Assembly (NCBI GenBank): GCA_964016885.1
Contig: OZ024747.1
Coordinates: 68,510,001 to 68,574,000 of the forward strand
DNA length: 64,000 nt
DNA from: Eledone cirrhosa
Lineage: Eukaryota
Reading direction: 5' to 3'
Shown: positions 1 through 12,754 of the stretch, in pieces
Numbering within the stretch: position 1 is the first letter of the stretch
Layout of the letters: each line of letters opens with the position of its first letter
The notes under the pieces: model-generated
Database searches by the model: none
The model's input: only the letters and a program-made list of their open reading frames with translations
Told to the model about the DNA's origin: nothing
Translations under genes and position numbers: made by a program

Positions 1-739
1 TTTAAATATTTTTATATTTTTATATCTGTTAAGGGTTACGAAGAATTTTGTGTTTACATTTTCACTACATAGTTAAGAAAAGGACGTAGTTATAAATTTT
101 ATTTGAGAAGATTATTTTGTACAGTCAGATAGTTCCATCATGAGAGGAAACATTCACAAAAAAATTAGTAAGTCAACGAAAATATACAGAGAATTTAATA
201 TTTATGTAAAGTTCAGTTTTTATGTAGAAGGAATGTTTAAGCGTGTTACATTATAAAGGAAAAGATAACTCCAATGTTTCTTAGTTTAAATATTTATGTT
301 ACATTTGTCATTTAATTCTAGAATTTACTTTTAAAGAAATATACAATTAAGATATATGCGGAATATAAGTAGACAAATTTAATATATTATTTTGTATATG
401 ATTATAAGGTATTTTATATTAGATATTTTCAAAGATGAGAATTCTTTTATATATGTATTTAGATAGTATTAGTTACATCAATGCATGTATTAAAGTCTAT
501 ATAGTGAATTTAGGAAGAAAAAAAAATATGATTACAGGTATCATAAGTATATTTAGAAACATTATCAAAATTATCACAAAAAAGATATATTTCAAAATAT
601 CATTGAAAACCATTAAAAAGAATATCATTTGAAAAATATTAGATAAAAAGAAAAATATCATTTAAAAATCACCACAACATCTCGACAAGAACATAGTGAA
701 GACATATAAAATGTAAACAAGTGAAATATATTCTATAAA

Positions 740-1960
740 TTAAAGATACTTCTGAAAGTCATTCTTTGGCGATGTCTGCAAGAACTGAATAATTTTTTTC
801 TTTTTGATAATAGTGTTTTGGCAGGTAAGTATATAAAATATTTCTTCAATACACAAATGACAAATTCTTGAAAGAGCTATATTTCGGTATGCAGGCGCTT
901 TCGAAATCGTTCCCCAAGAGATTGAACAGTCAATATTATTGTCTTTTAAGTACCAAATTAGATGTGAAAGTGATGTAGAAAATTTTTTATCGGATCTATT
1001 AAAAGTATGTTTGTGATTATACCAGCGTTCTTTAAATTTTGTAGAAGTGGCTCCTATATAGTTATATATTTTATCTCTAGTTTTTACTGTGCATTTGTAT
1101 ACTAAGTTTTTATCTAGGCAATTATTCTGTAAAGGGCAATTTGATTCGTCGCTACAGTTACATTTTCCAGAGTTATTGTTACTATGAACGGTACTATTAT
1201 TATTAGTATTAATACTGTTATTAGTAATGTTAATATTGTTATCTTGGTTTATTTGGTTTGGGTTTAAATTTAAGTTTCTATTATTAATTCTATTTATATT
1301 TTGTGCTATGTTCATCGTAGTATAGTAAGATCGTTTAATAGTATATCTGTCAAAAATAGAATGGTATCTATGGGATTTAGGAAAACACTTATCTAATGCT
1401 TTGAAAAATAGGTTTGCTACAGGTGTTTTAACGCCTAACGAGAATGGGGGAGAGTACCAAATAATATTTCTAGTTCTAGTTTTTTTTGTTTGATTTACTA
1501 TTTATGTTAAATTGTTTATTATTATTATTATAGTGAATTTTAGGAGGATTTTGCATGTTATTGTTATCTAAGTATTTAATTTTACTCATGTAGCCAACTC
1601 ATTGTAATATTCTACCTTATTATCAAAAATATTTTTATTAGCTGAAATGCGTGAAATTCGTTGCTGGACACTATTGACAATAATATTTTTTACATTTCTA
1701 GGATGGTTAGAATGGAAGCTTACGTAATTTAGGTTTTCATTAATCTTATGGAAAGGGTGATATAGACCTGAGCTAAGGTTTAAAGTTACATCTAAGAAGT
1801 TAACAGTTTTATTATCATTCTCAATTTCTAATTTAAGGTTGTAATTATTGAAAAATTCTATGATAGATTTCTTTTTCCTATTAAGTTCGCTATTGTTATG
1901 GTTTTCGACTATAAGTAACATATCGTCGCGATATAAACCTCCGGCCATCTCTGGCATTTT
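740..1960 (-). mobile_element. Penelope-like retroelement remnant (Naiad-like): RT C-terminal part, Cys-rich linker and GIY-YIG endonuclease; frameshifted and 5'-truncated
   Basis: ORF 1586-2047 has the RT motifs GLYRDD and VNFLDVTL. Segment 1316-1480 reads RTRNIIWYSPPFS...FPKSHRYHSIFDRYTIKRSY. ORF 740-1315 has CNCx5CPLx3C, LVYKC...YIGATSTKFKERWYNHKHTF (GIY-YIG) and CHLCIEE. Frameshift near 1590. Confidence 0.9.
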
Positions 1961-1964
1961 TCTA

Positions 1965-2210
<246 letters not shown>

Positions 2211-2259
2211 AAATGGATTCTACAGGACTAGAACTGTTTCATTCGGGAGAAATCATCAG

Positions 2260-2311
2260 GGCTTTCCTGATGATTTCTCTCAAACGAAACAGTTCTAGTC
2301 CTGTAGAAGCC
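2260..2311 (+). ncRNA. Type I hammerhead ribozyme motif within a ~110-bp inverted repeat (2209-2317)
   Basis: Stem I ggctttc/gaagcc, core CTGATGA 2267-2273, weak stem II, GAAA 2286-2289, stem III ACAG/CTGT, cleavage triplet GTA 2303-2305. A mirror core lies on the minus strand at 2221-2259. Confidence 0.6.
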
Positions 2312-2393
2312 ATTTCTATATTAAATATTTATACTCTGCTATGTATTCAGTACCTTACTTACTGTTGTTACCTCCGATTGAACCCAGGATAAA

Positions 2394-2458
<65 letters not shown>

Positions 2459-2624
2459 TCCTCCTTCACACATACACACTTTCTTCATCACCCACTCCTA
2501 CCTCCTACCTCCTCCTCTCCTTGCTATCAATTATGTATATCCAATTCACCATTATAATCCCATTATATAATTCCTCAGTAATGTCGAAATGCTTAATTCT
2601 ACAGCAATTGGAAATACCGTTTAG

Positions 2625-2935
2625 TCTTCTTCTTCTTCTTCTTCTCCTCCTCCTCCTCCTCCTTCTTATTATCCTCCTCCTCCTCCTCCTCCTCCTCCTC
2701 CTCCTTCTTCTTCTTCTTCTTCTTCTTCTTCTTCTTCTTCTTCTTCAATGATTATTCATTATCCCATACACCTCATTGACACATTTCTATAGACCATTGC
2801 AAGGTGGTGGTGGTGGAGGTGGTGATTGTTGTGTAGGAGACTGTAGTGATGGTGATGCTGGTTGTGATGGTGGTTTTAGTGATGACTGCAGTGGTGGAGG
2901 TCATTGTCTTAGTGGTGGTGGTAGTGGTGGTGGTG

Positions 2936-3024
<89 letters not shown>

Positions 3025-3240
3025 GGTGGTGATGGTGGACATCGTCATTGTTGTCATAGTGGCGGTAATGGTGGTGGCGGTGGTGGTGGCGGTGGTAATG
3101 GTGGTGGTTGTCTTTGTTGCCATCGTCATTGTCATGGTCGTGGTGGTTGGAATAGGGATGGAGAGGTAGTTATGTACTTGATAGTGTATGTAGTAGTTAT
3201 GGTGGTGGTGGTGCTGGTGTTGGTGGTGGTGGTAGTATTG
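2625..3240. repeat. (CTT/CCT)n, (GGT)n and (AGT)n trinucleotide microsatellite block
   Basis: Read directly; it explains the poly-L/T/V/G ORFs in the ORF track. Confidence 0.95.
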
Positions 3241-3539
3241 ATGGCGATGATGCAGCTAATGCTATTGTTTTTACTGAAGTTATTGCTGTGTAGCCACAGA
3301 TCAGCCCTGGTTGAACAAATCTATGATCAAAACTGCTTGCGGACTAACTTTCATGAGCCAAGCGACGGTTTTCCGCTGGTACAAGAGATTCCAGGAAAGT
3401 AGGGAGCAGAATGCCATCTAGGAATATATGTTATTCCAATGTTTCAATTAAGAAACAATGTAAGTGGAATGCAGAACTTAAAGTGGAAATTACAGCCTGC
3501 AAATTTCAACTTGCTGCTGAGTCTAAGAAGTGAGAAAAT

Positions 3540-3900
3540 ATCTCCAAATTGTTAAAGGAATACAAGAAACTGAAATAGAGTTCCTCCAAAGGTTCTTTGG
3601 AGTAACGTTACTCAATAGATTGTGTAGCTCAGAGATCAGAGAGTCACTCCAGGTAGAACGGCAACTTCTCCAAATTGAGAGATCACGACTCTGATACTAT
3701 AGGTATTTGGTTAGAATGTTTCAGGAAAGAATCACTGGACAGATTTTATGAGCAAAGACCGAAGAGTAGACTACGAGCAAGATGGTTGGATAACATCCAT
3801 CAGTTGGAGGCGGTTTCTTTTGACAGAACCTGCTGGAAAGGGTGTTTGAGGACTCTGCGCCAACAACCCTCTCAGGAATAAGTGGGCAAAGAAGAAGAAA
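3540..3900 (+). mobile_element. Degenerate 3' fragment of an RTE-like LINE
   Basis: Decayed RT C-terminus-like coding (…LLNRL…EIRESLQVE…) and tail ending caacaaccctctcaggaataag. Related pieces at 11400-11830, 24335-24470, 26225-26600 and 60255-60360. Confidence 0.55.
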
Positions 3901-4073
3901 AGCACAAGATCCACAGCCACCAACGTTTGCTCTTCTTAAGATAGTAAAGAAAACATACACACCAAAAGTTATTGTGGGTCCACAGTAGATGTTTTTGAAT
4001 GTCACTCGCTGTCATGTAATGTCAGTACCATCCATATCTCATGACAGACAGCTGTTCGTAATGAGATCATTAA

Positions 4074-4412
4074 CCCTTTAGCATTTGCATTACTCTAAAT
4101 TTACTATTGTATTTTCCCAGTAAAGGCTTTACCTCACAATATTATCTCACATAACATCAAATCTATGATATTTTGCTATTATTTATTTTCAAATCCCACC
4201 TTAGTTAACTTTGCCTTTCATCCTTACGGGGTCGATAAAATAAAGTACCAGTAATGCACTGGGTAATTGCTGGCCTTGTGCCAAAAGTAGAAACAATTAT
4301 TTATTTTGAGAACAATACCTTAACAACAGTATGAGTGGGCAGTTATGGCTGGTTTGAACAGAAAGAGGTGAGAGAATTCTGGCGGTATCTGGCCGGTTTA
4401 AATACTAAAGGG
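4074..4412. mobile_element. piggyBac-like MITE with an internal SINE fragment (~4190-4297)
   Basis: TTAA-CCCTTTAGCATTT...AAATACTAAAGGG-TTAA termini. Confidence 0.8.
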
Positions 4413-4888
4413 TTAAGAGTGGCAGGGGACACAGCTAGCTACCTATAGAAGCTGGAACTGACAGAGTTAGAATGAGGGAACAGCATCAGAATCTTTCCAT
4501 TCTGAGATGGTAAACCACACATCTGGGATGTGACCTACTGCAATACTTTCTTCAACAACAACCTGGTGAAATGAGTATCAGACATAGGCTTTGGTGTCTG
4601 ACAAGCTGCAGATCATAAGCTTTCAAAGTACTGGCCGATCTCGAATAGGTGGGGGGGGGGGGGCTAATGGTGGAGGCAATGATGATGATGGTGATGGGAT
4701 TGACTGAATCGCTTTGAGTTATCTAGTTCTGACCCTTTACATTCTCAGTTCAAATCCTGCCAAGGTCAACAATCTTCCAGGGTCAATAAAATAAAATACC
4801 AGTAATGTACTGGGATCAATATGATCAATTTTCCTTTCCTTACAAATTACTGGCTTTCAGCCTAATTAAAAATTATAATTATCATTAC

Positions 4889-5527
4889 AACTACCACCAA
4901 CAACAACAACAATAACAACATCATCTCCACCACCACAACAATCACCACCACAAACACCATTACCACCACCACCACCACTACCACCACTACCACCAAAACC
5001 AACACCACCACCACCACTACCACCACCACCACCACAACCACCACCACCACCACAACCACCACCACCACCACCACCAACATTACCACCACTACCACCACCA
5101 CCACCACCACTACCACCACCACCACCACCACTACCACCACCACCACCACCACTACCACCACCACCACAACCACCACCACCACTACCACCACAACCACCAC
5201 CACCACCACCACCACTACCACCACCACCACCAACAACAACACTACCACCACCACTACCACCACCACCACCACCACCACCACCACCACCACCACTACCACC
5301 ACCACCACCGCCACTACCACCACTACCACCACTACCACCACCACCACAACCACCATCACCACTACCACCACCACCACCACTACCACCACCACCACCACCA
5401 CTACCACCACCACCACCACAACCACCACCACCACTACCACCACCACCACCACCACCACCCCCACCACAACCACCACCACCACAACCACCACCCCCACCCC
5501 CACCACTACCACCACCACCACTACCAC
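4889..5527. repeat. (CCA)n microsatellite
   Basis: Read directly from the sequence. Confidence 0.95.
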
Positions 5528-5594
5528 TTTCATACACACATACATACATATACACACATACATACAAATACCTGTCACTTAATTTACACACACA

Positions 5595-7427
5595 TCGGCC
5601 TTACACTTTCAAACTAAATTTTTCTGTAGAAGTAACTTTAACCCTTTCTTTTCGACATAAAAATACATACAAATACCTGTACATTTTTTTTTTGGGGGGG
5701 GGGGGGGGGGGGCCTTTCTTATCAATCTTTTTACATTCAATTATCAGCCTTATACTTTCAAAGTCAATTTTTCTGTAGAAGTAACTTTCACCCTTTATTT
5801 TGGACATAAAATGCCACCTAAAAAGAGAAGTCGCCTCAGTCGACATACCGCGTCAGCAGTGGCGCAAAAGGCTACTATAGCAAACGAGTCCTCTGAGGAA
5901 AATGCTTCAAGACTTTCACAGACAGCCTTATGTTCAGCAGAATGTCGAGCCGCTGAAAGTTTCCAACAGCGCACCGCACGCCTAGCCAAAATGGCTTCAT
6001 ACCAGGCTTCTTCCAGGGCTTCAGACAGCCGTGAACAAAGGTCGAAGCGCCTGGCTAGAAACGCTGCGACTAATGCTGCTTCCAGATCTTTGGAACGTTT
6101 AAAACAACGGACGGCTCGCCTTCCTACGAACGCTGCGGCTATGACTACTTCCATGGCTTCTGAAGATGCAGACGGGCGATCCATTAGCATTGCAAATGTT
6201 GCTTCTGCTATTGCTGCCAGACCTTCCCACCAACCAGACGACCAATGTTCTACGTTCAAGCGTAACAGTCGACGGCGAGAAGCTGCACGCGGTGTGACGA
6301 GCCCCAACAGCCCTTACTGGCACCTACGGGCTTTCAAGTATGAGCAAAACGTTAATTACTCGATGTGCTCTGACATAAATATAGGCGAGATGCGCTTCAA
6401 TTGCCAATTCTGCAATGCCACAAAGTGGGCTGGGGAGCCACCTGCAATGTGCTGCTTAAACGGTAAGGTCACCTTGCCCCCTCTTACGGAACCGCCAGAG
6501 CCTTTGAAGGAACTACTGACTGGTTATACCCCAAAGTCAAAAAAAAAAAACCCTGATCACCCAAATAAAAAACGATGCCTGTTTTAAGTCGTCCATGTTG
6601 TGGCTCCAGGTGAATAGTTTGTACCTGAGCACAAATATGCGTGCCCATTTGCATGGTGACAACATGTCTGCAGCACAGAACATTTTAGCACTTGGTGAGG
6701 GCAAGATCCCTGCGGATGACAAGGGCGGCATAGCAATCGACACCCTGTGCAACATTGTGAGCAGCCCTTCTGACCTTTGGGAAGCAGTTTTTCCTAATGT
6801 CTCATCTAACTATAAAAAAACTCGATTGGCTCAGCGAAAGAGCCATCCTTGCTCCGAAAAATACCATGGTTAATTTTATTAACGAGCAGCTGATTGAGAA
6901 GATTCCCGGTAAAGAGCACATCTTCAAATCAGACCCCGACGATATCGTTAATTATCCGGTTGAGTTATTAAATCTCCTTGAGCCCCCAGGGCTCCCACCT
7001 CACATTATTAAGCTTAGGGTTGGCTATCCCATTATGCTAATAAGGAACTTGCGTCCACCAAAGCAGTGCAACGGTACTCGCATGGTCGTCAAGTCACTGA
7101 CACCCACTTGATTGAGGCCACCATTGTAACGGGGTGCGGAAGAGGGGAGAATGTTTTCATTCCAAGGATGAACCTTTTCCCCTCGGCGTCAGGTATCCCG
7201 TTCGATTTCCAGCGATCACAATTCCCGGTCTACTAAATTCGCTATTGGAAGATTATTAACCCATCATTGATTGACCAAAATGCTAATTGGTTCGTAACTT
7301 TTAATAACCGGTTCAACTGCTTTATGCACTTAATTGATAAGCTTATTCGCTTTCAAACCACGTTTACCTGTATGTAACTTTTCATAGCAAATTAACAAAC
7401 CCGAGCAACGCCGGGCTAAACTGCTAG
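5595..7427 (+). mobile_element. Internally deleted Helitron (Rep-Helicase N-terminus joined to PIF1-helicase C-terminal part)
   Basis: ORF 5811-6587 has ES.EQR..RL-type repeats and CQFC...EPPAMCCLNGKVTLPPL.EPPEPL, typical of a RepHel N-terminus. 6595-7230 encodes frameshifted PIF1 motifs (LSTNMRA; WLSERAILAPKN; LEPPGLPPH..KLRVGYPIMLIRNL...CNGTR; VFIPRM...FQRSQFPV). 3' hairpin CCCGAGCAACGCCGGG 7400-7415, then CTAG end at 7424-7427 followed by T. The 5' boundary (A|TC at 5595) is uncertain. Confidence 0.9.
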
Positions 7428-7619
7428 TAATCAATAAAAATTAGATTTTCTACTGAAACAGAATTACAGTTTAAGATTTTCTGCCGTAGGACATGATATT
7501 GTTCTGGAGAGGTGGGTAGTGATGGTAGTGGAGGGGGGATAGTGGTGGTAGTGGAGGGTGGGGGGTGTCATGGGGGTGAGGATAGCAGTGGTGGGGGCAA
7601 GGTTGTTGGTAGTTGGGAG

Positions 7620-10040
7620 GGTATGATGGTGGTGGTGGTTAGGGTGATGTTGATGGTGGTGATTAGGGTGATGATGGTGGTGGTGGTGGTTAGGGTGATG
7701 GCAGTGGTGGTGGTTAGGGTGATGGTAGAGGTGATGGTTAGGGTGATGGTAGTGGTGGTGGTTAGGGTGATGGTAGAGGTGGTGGTGGTTAGGGTGATGA
7801 TAGTGGTGGTGGTTAGGGTGAGGGTAGAAGTGGTGGTTAGGGTGATGGTAGTGGTCGTGGTTAGGGTGAGGGTAGAGGTGGTGGTGGTTAGGGTGAGGGT
7901 AGAGGTGGTGAGGTTAAGGTGATGGCAGTGGTGGTGGTGGTGGATAGGGTGATGGCGACAGTGGTGGTGGTGGTGGATAGGGTGATGGCGACAGTGGTGG
8001 TGGTTAGGGTGACGGTAGTGGTGGTGGTAAGTGTGATGGCAGTGGTGGTGGATAGGGTGATGGCGACAGTGGTGGTGGTTAGGGTGACGGTAGTGGTGGT
8101 GGTTAGGGTGAGGGTAGGGGTGGTGGTTAGGGTGATGGCAGTGGTGGTGGTAAGGGTGATGGTAGTGGTGGTGGTTAGGGTGATGGTGACAGTGGTGGTT
8201 AGAGTGATGGTAGTGGTGGTGGTAAGGGTGATGGGAGTGGTGGTGGTGGTAAGGGTGATGGCAGTGGTGGTGGTAAGGGTGATGGTGACAGTGGTGGTTA
8301 GGGTGATGGCAGTGGTGGTGGTTAGGGTGATGGAAGTGGTGGTGGTTAGGGTGATGGCAGTGGTGGTGGTTAGGGTGATGGCAGTGGTGGTGGTAAGGGT
8401 GATGGCAGTGGTGGTGGTAAGGGTGATGGTGACAGTGGTGGTTAGAGTGATGGCAGTGGTGGTGGTTAGGGTGATGGCAGTGGTGGTGGTAAGGGTGATG
8501 GCAGTGGTGGTGGTTAGGGTGATGGCAGTGGTGGTGGTTAGGGTGATGGCAGTGGTGGTGGTTAGGGTGATGGCAGTGGTGGTGGTAAGGGTGATGGCAG
8601 TGGTGGTGGTTAGGGTGATGGCAGTGGTGGTGGTGGTTAGGGTGATGGTAGTGGTGGTGGTTAGGGTGATGGCAGTGGTGGTGGTTAGGGTGATGGCAGT
8701 GGTGGTGGTAAGGGTGATGGCAGTGGTGGTGGTTAGGGTGATGGCAGTGGTGGTGGTGGTTAGGGTGATGGTAGTGGTGGTGGTAAGGGTGATGGCAGTG
8801 GTGGTGGTTAGGGTGATGGCAGTGGTGGTGGTGGTTAGGGTGATGGTAGTGGTGGTGGTTAGGGTGATGGCAGTGGTGGTGGTTAGGGTGATGGCAGTGG
8901 TGGTGGTGGTTAGGGTGATGGTAGTGGTGGTGGTGGATAGGGTGATGGCAGTGGTGGTGGTGGTTAGGGTGATGGCAGTGGTGGTGGTGGTTAGGGTGAT
9001 GGTAGTGGTGGTGGTTAGGGTGATGGCAGTGGTGGTGGTTAGGGTGATGGCAGTGGTGGTGGTGGTTAGGGTGATGGTAGTGGTGGTGGTGGATAGGGTG
9101 ATGGCAGTGGTGGTGGTGGTTAGGGTGATGGTAGTGGTGGTGGTGGATAGGGTGATGGCAACAGTGGTTAAGGTGAGGGTGACAGTGGTGGTGGTGGTTA
9201 GGGTGATGGCAGTGGTGGTGGTTAGGGTGATGGCAGTGGTGGTGGTTAGGGTGATGGCAGTGGTGGTGGTTAGGGTGATGGCAGTGGTGGTGGTTAGGGT
9301 GATGGTAGTGGTGGTGGTTAGGGTGATGGCAGTGGTGGTGGTGGTGGTTAGGGTGATGGCAGTGGTGGTGGTGGTTAGGGTGATGGCAGTGGTGGTGGTT
9401 AGGGTGATGGTAGTGGTGGTGGTTAGGGTGATGGCAGTGGTGGTGGTGGTTAGGGTGATGGTAGTGGTGGTGGTTAGGGTGATGGCAGTGGTGGTGGTGG
9501 TTAGGGTGATGGTAGTGGTGGTGGTGGATAGGGTGATGGCAACAGTGGTTAAGGTGAGGGTGACAGTGGTGGTGGTGGTTAGGGTGATGGCAGTGGTGGT
9601 GGTTAGGGTGATGGCAGTGGTGGTGGTTAGGGTGATGGCAGTGGTGGTGGTGGTTAGGGTGATGGCAGTGGTGGTGGTTAGAGTGATGGTAGTGGTGGTG
9701 GTTAGGGTGATGACAGTGGTGGTGGTTAGGGTGATGGTGACAGTGGTGGTGGTGGTGGTAATTAGGGTGGTAGTAATGGTTGTAATGGTGGTATTGATTA
9801 TGATTGTGGTAATTGGGGTGGTGATGGTGGTGGTGGTGGTTAGGGTGATGGCAGTGGTGGTGGTGGTGGTTAGGGTGATGGCAGTGGTGGTGGTGGTGGT
9901 TAGGGTGATGGCAGTGGTGGTGGTGGTGGTTAGGGTGATGGCAGTGGTGGTGGTGGTGGTTAGGGTGATGGCAGTGGTGATGGTGGTGGTTAGGGTGATG
10001 GCAGTGGTGGTGGTGGTGGTTAGGGTGATGGCAGTGGTAA
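7620..10040. repeat. Minisatellite with ~18-30-bp unit GGTTAGGGTGATGGCAGT(GGT)n containing the TTAGGG motif
   Basis: Read directly; roughly 100 tandem units, with variants TAAGGG, ATAGGG and TTAGAG. Confidence 0.95.
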
Positions 10041-10069
10041 GCATTGATGGTTATAGTGGTTGTCGTGAT

Positions 10070-10860
10070 CACTACCAACAAAAACAGCACTAACATCAGA
10101 ACCACCACTACCAACACTACCACCATGACCATCACCACCCCAAATACCACTACTATCACTACCACCACCACTACCACCACCATCACAACCACTCCCACTA
10201 CCACCACAATCATCATCACTACCATCACCACCACTACCACCATCTCTACTACCACCACCACTACCACCGCAATCATCATCACCATCACCACCACCACCAC
10301 TCCCACTACCACCACAATCACTGCCACCACCACCACCCCAATTACCACTGCCATCACTACAACTATCATCATCATTGTCATCATCTTATTATTCATTTCC
10401 TCCTCATCATCATCTTTATCATCACCACCATCATCATCCTCATCGTCATCATCACATTCATCACCATTATCATCATTACCATCATAGCCATCATCAGCAT
10501 CATCATCTTTAACATCACCATCATCACCACCACCATCATCATCATCACCATCATCATCATATTTAACATCATCACCATGACCACCATCATCATCTTTAAC
10601 ATCATCATCTCCACCATCATCACCATCATAGCCATCATCAGCATCATCATCTTTAACATCACCACCATCATCACCATTACTATCACCATCATCACCATCA
10701 TCATCTTTAACATCATCATCGCCACCATCACCACCATCATAGCCATCATCATCATCATCACCACCACCATCATCATCATCATCGTCATCATCTTTAACAT
10801 CATCACCATCATCACCCTCACCATCACCATCACCACCATCATCATCATCATCATCTTCTT
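10070..10860. repeat. (CAC)n/(CAT)n low-complexity block with higher-order unit CATCATCTTTAACATCACC
   Basis: Read directly from the sequence. Confidence 0.9.
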
Positions 10861-11282
10861 ATTCATCTCTTTCTCCTCCCCTTCCCCTCTCACTTTCCCT
10901 TAACTTTGGTCTTTCTCCTCCTCCTCTTTACTTGTTATTGTCTCTTCATTTTTCCCTCTTTCTACTCTTTAAATTATAAAACTTTCTCTAATATATTTTA
11001 ATCATTTAAACACATTTTATTCAAACTTCCATTCTCTCTTAGTTTATTTATTTATTTGCAGACGCCATACTGTCTCATGTAGTCGAGATTCTTCATATCT
11101 GTTTTTATTTATCTGTTTTTTAACATCTGTTGTCTTCTTTTAATTATTAATTTCATTAACTACTAGCCTAGAATTTCAAAGGAACTGGACAAACTACAGT
11201 TTGGGAATATTGTTGTCTAAGAATTTACATACCATTCACTCATATCTTAATTTATTGCTTACAGTTTATTCTTTTACTAGTG

Positions 11283-11435
11283 TACAAGGCTGGGCTGAAC
11301 AGTTAATAGGTTGACTATAAAGGAGTGATGCTAGAGCTGTGAAATCTTGCATCATTAGTGTCAACTCTTCTTATTAATAACTGCATTGTTTCTTTCTGGG
11401 GGTTATGTTGTGAAAAATAGACCTTGTTTGGTCCA
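11283..11435 (+). mobile_element. Partial Tc1/mariner-type MITE (relative of 47675-47872)
   Basis: Shares gactat(a/g)aaggagtgatgctagagctgtgaaat...cttattaataactgcattgtttctttc with the complete copy. Confidence 0.65.
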
Positions 11436-12054
11436 GCAGGATCCACAAGTAAGACCAACCATCTGTTATCCAGCCATCTTGCTCAAGATCTACACCTGGG
11501 CCTCCTGCTGGCTGGTTTGCCTGTAAAATCTGTTCAGTGATTCTTTTCTGAGACATTCTAACCACATGTCCATAGTACCAGAGAGAAGTAGTGGCTCTAT
11601 CTGGAGCAACTCTCTCATTTCCAAGCTATGTATTCTGTCAAGTAATGATACTCGCAAGACCCTTTGGAGAAACCCCATTTCAGCCTCTAGTCTTCTTTTG
11701 GTCATAACCCAAAACTCATGACCATAGCTAACATAGCTAAGGGTTGGCATGAATACCAAATTGAATACAGCTAGTTTGGCTTTTACACCTACCTCCTCTC
11801 TTCTGATGAGCAAATGCTTCTGCCTTCCAAACTAGTCAACTTCGATCAACCCTTTAAGTTTCTCATAAGGATACGCCTTTGATAATATTTGGGATTATTA
11901 AATTTACTAAGATAAGATTCTTTTGTTATCTTAGCAATTTTAATTTTCTTTCTAGTGAATTGTCTTGTTTTCAAAATTACTTAAATATATATATATATAT
12001 ATATATATATAATAATGATAGGGAACAAACAATCAGTGTTGCACCATATAGATA

Positions 12055-12145
12055 TTTAATCACATGTTTCATTGCCGATCAGCTCAAGGAACGATTTATT
12101 ATGTTTGTTCCTAACTCTGGAATCGAAAGCTCTTCAGATATATGC
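12055..12145 (-). ncRNA. Degenerate hammerhead ribozyme motif (long-stem-II family, homologue of 58100-58195)
   Basis: Minus strand reads CTGAAGAGC-tttcgattccagag...ccttgagctgatcgg-caatGAAACATGTG. The cleavage triplet has decayed. Confidence 0.5.
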
Positions 12146-12455
12146 TTTCACATGTAGACTCACGTCTAAATGTTCCTGAATTGTTAGACACCCAATTTAT
12201 ATGTATATATATATATATGCTGAATTGTTAGTCACCCGATACATATATATAACTTTATTTGTGGCGAAAACATGCTTACAGCATGTCCAGGTGATATAGT
12301 TATAAACAAATGGTTTGTACTTCTTAATTTATTATTTTAATTGTTATGCATTCTCTATTTCTTTCGTAGACAATATGGTTTTCACTCTGATGGTATTCTA
12401 TCCCCTATAATTGAATACATACCTCTTTGTGTATTTTTCTCTATATACTGTCTTA

Positions 12456-12492
<37 letters not shown>

Positions 12493-12564
12493 GTTATTCC
12501 GGGTTGAATCGGAGGTAACCACAGTAAGTGGATTTCTAATGAATGAAACAGTTGTAGAATCTCA

Positions 12565-12599
<35 letters not shown>

Positions 12600-12603
<4 letters not shown>

Positions 12604-12730
12604 ATAATAATAAATTTGAAGACTAAAATCCAAAGAGGGCTCGATAAGGATAAATATATATCAAATATATAAGATCTTGTTAAGGGTGAAAGCAGCGATT
12701 CTTTGCTTAAACTTTAAACTGTTATTTTAA
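12600..12730. repeat. Dispersed repeat; inverted, longer copy at ~32280-32505
   Basis: gtaataataataaatttgaagactaaaatccaaagagggctcgataaggataaa... is the reverse complement of 32430-32503. Confidence 0.75.
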
Positions 12731-12754
12731 TAAATATATATATATAAAATAACA

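Noticed and set aside
1586-1590. In-frame TGA as selenocysteine in the Naiad-like PLE
   Set aside because: The PLE-like protein continues in another frame (GYMSKIKYLD), so the TGA results from a frameshift.
2341-5591. Poly-Gly/Val/Thr/Leu ORFs
   Set aside because: Translations of microsatellites.
5795-6307. 170-aa antisense ORF
   Set aside because: A shadow of the GC-rich Helitron ORF on the opposite strand.
7568-10396. 942-, 724- and 718-aa ORFs (His/Cys-, Val- and Thr-rich)
   Set aside because: They are by-products of a triplet-phased minisatellite, open in several frames on both strands, with no splice or unique coding context.
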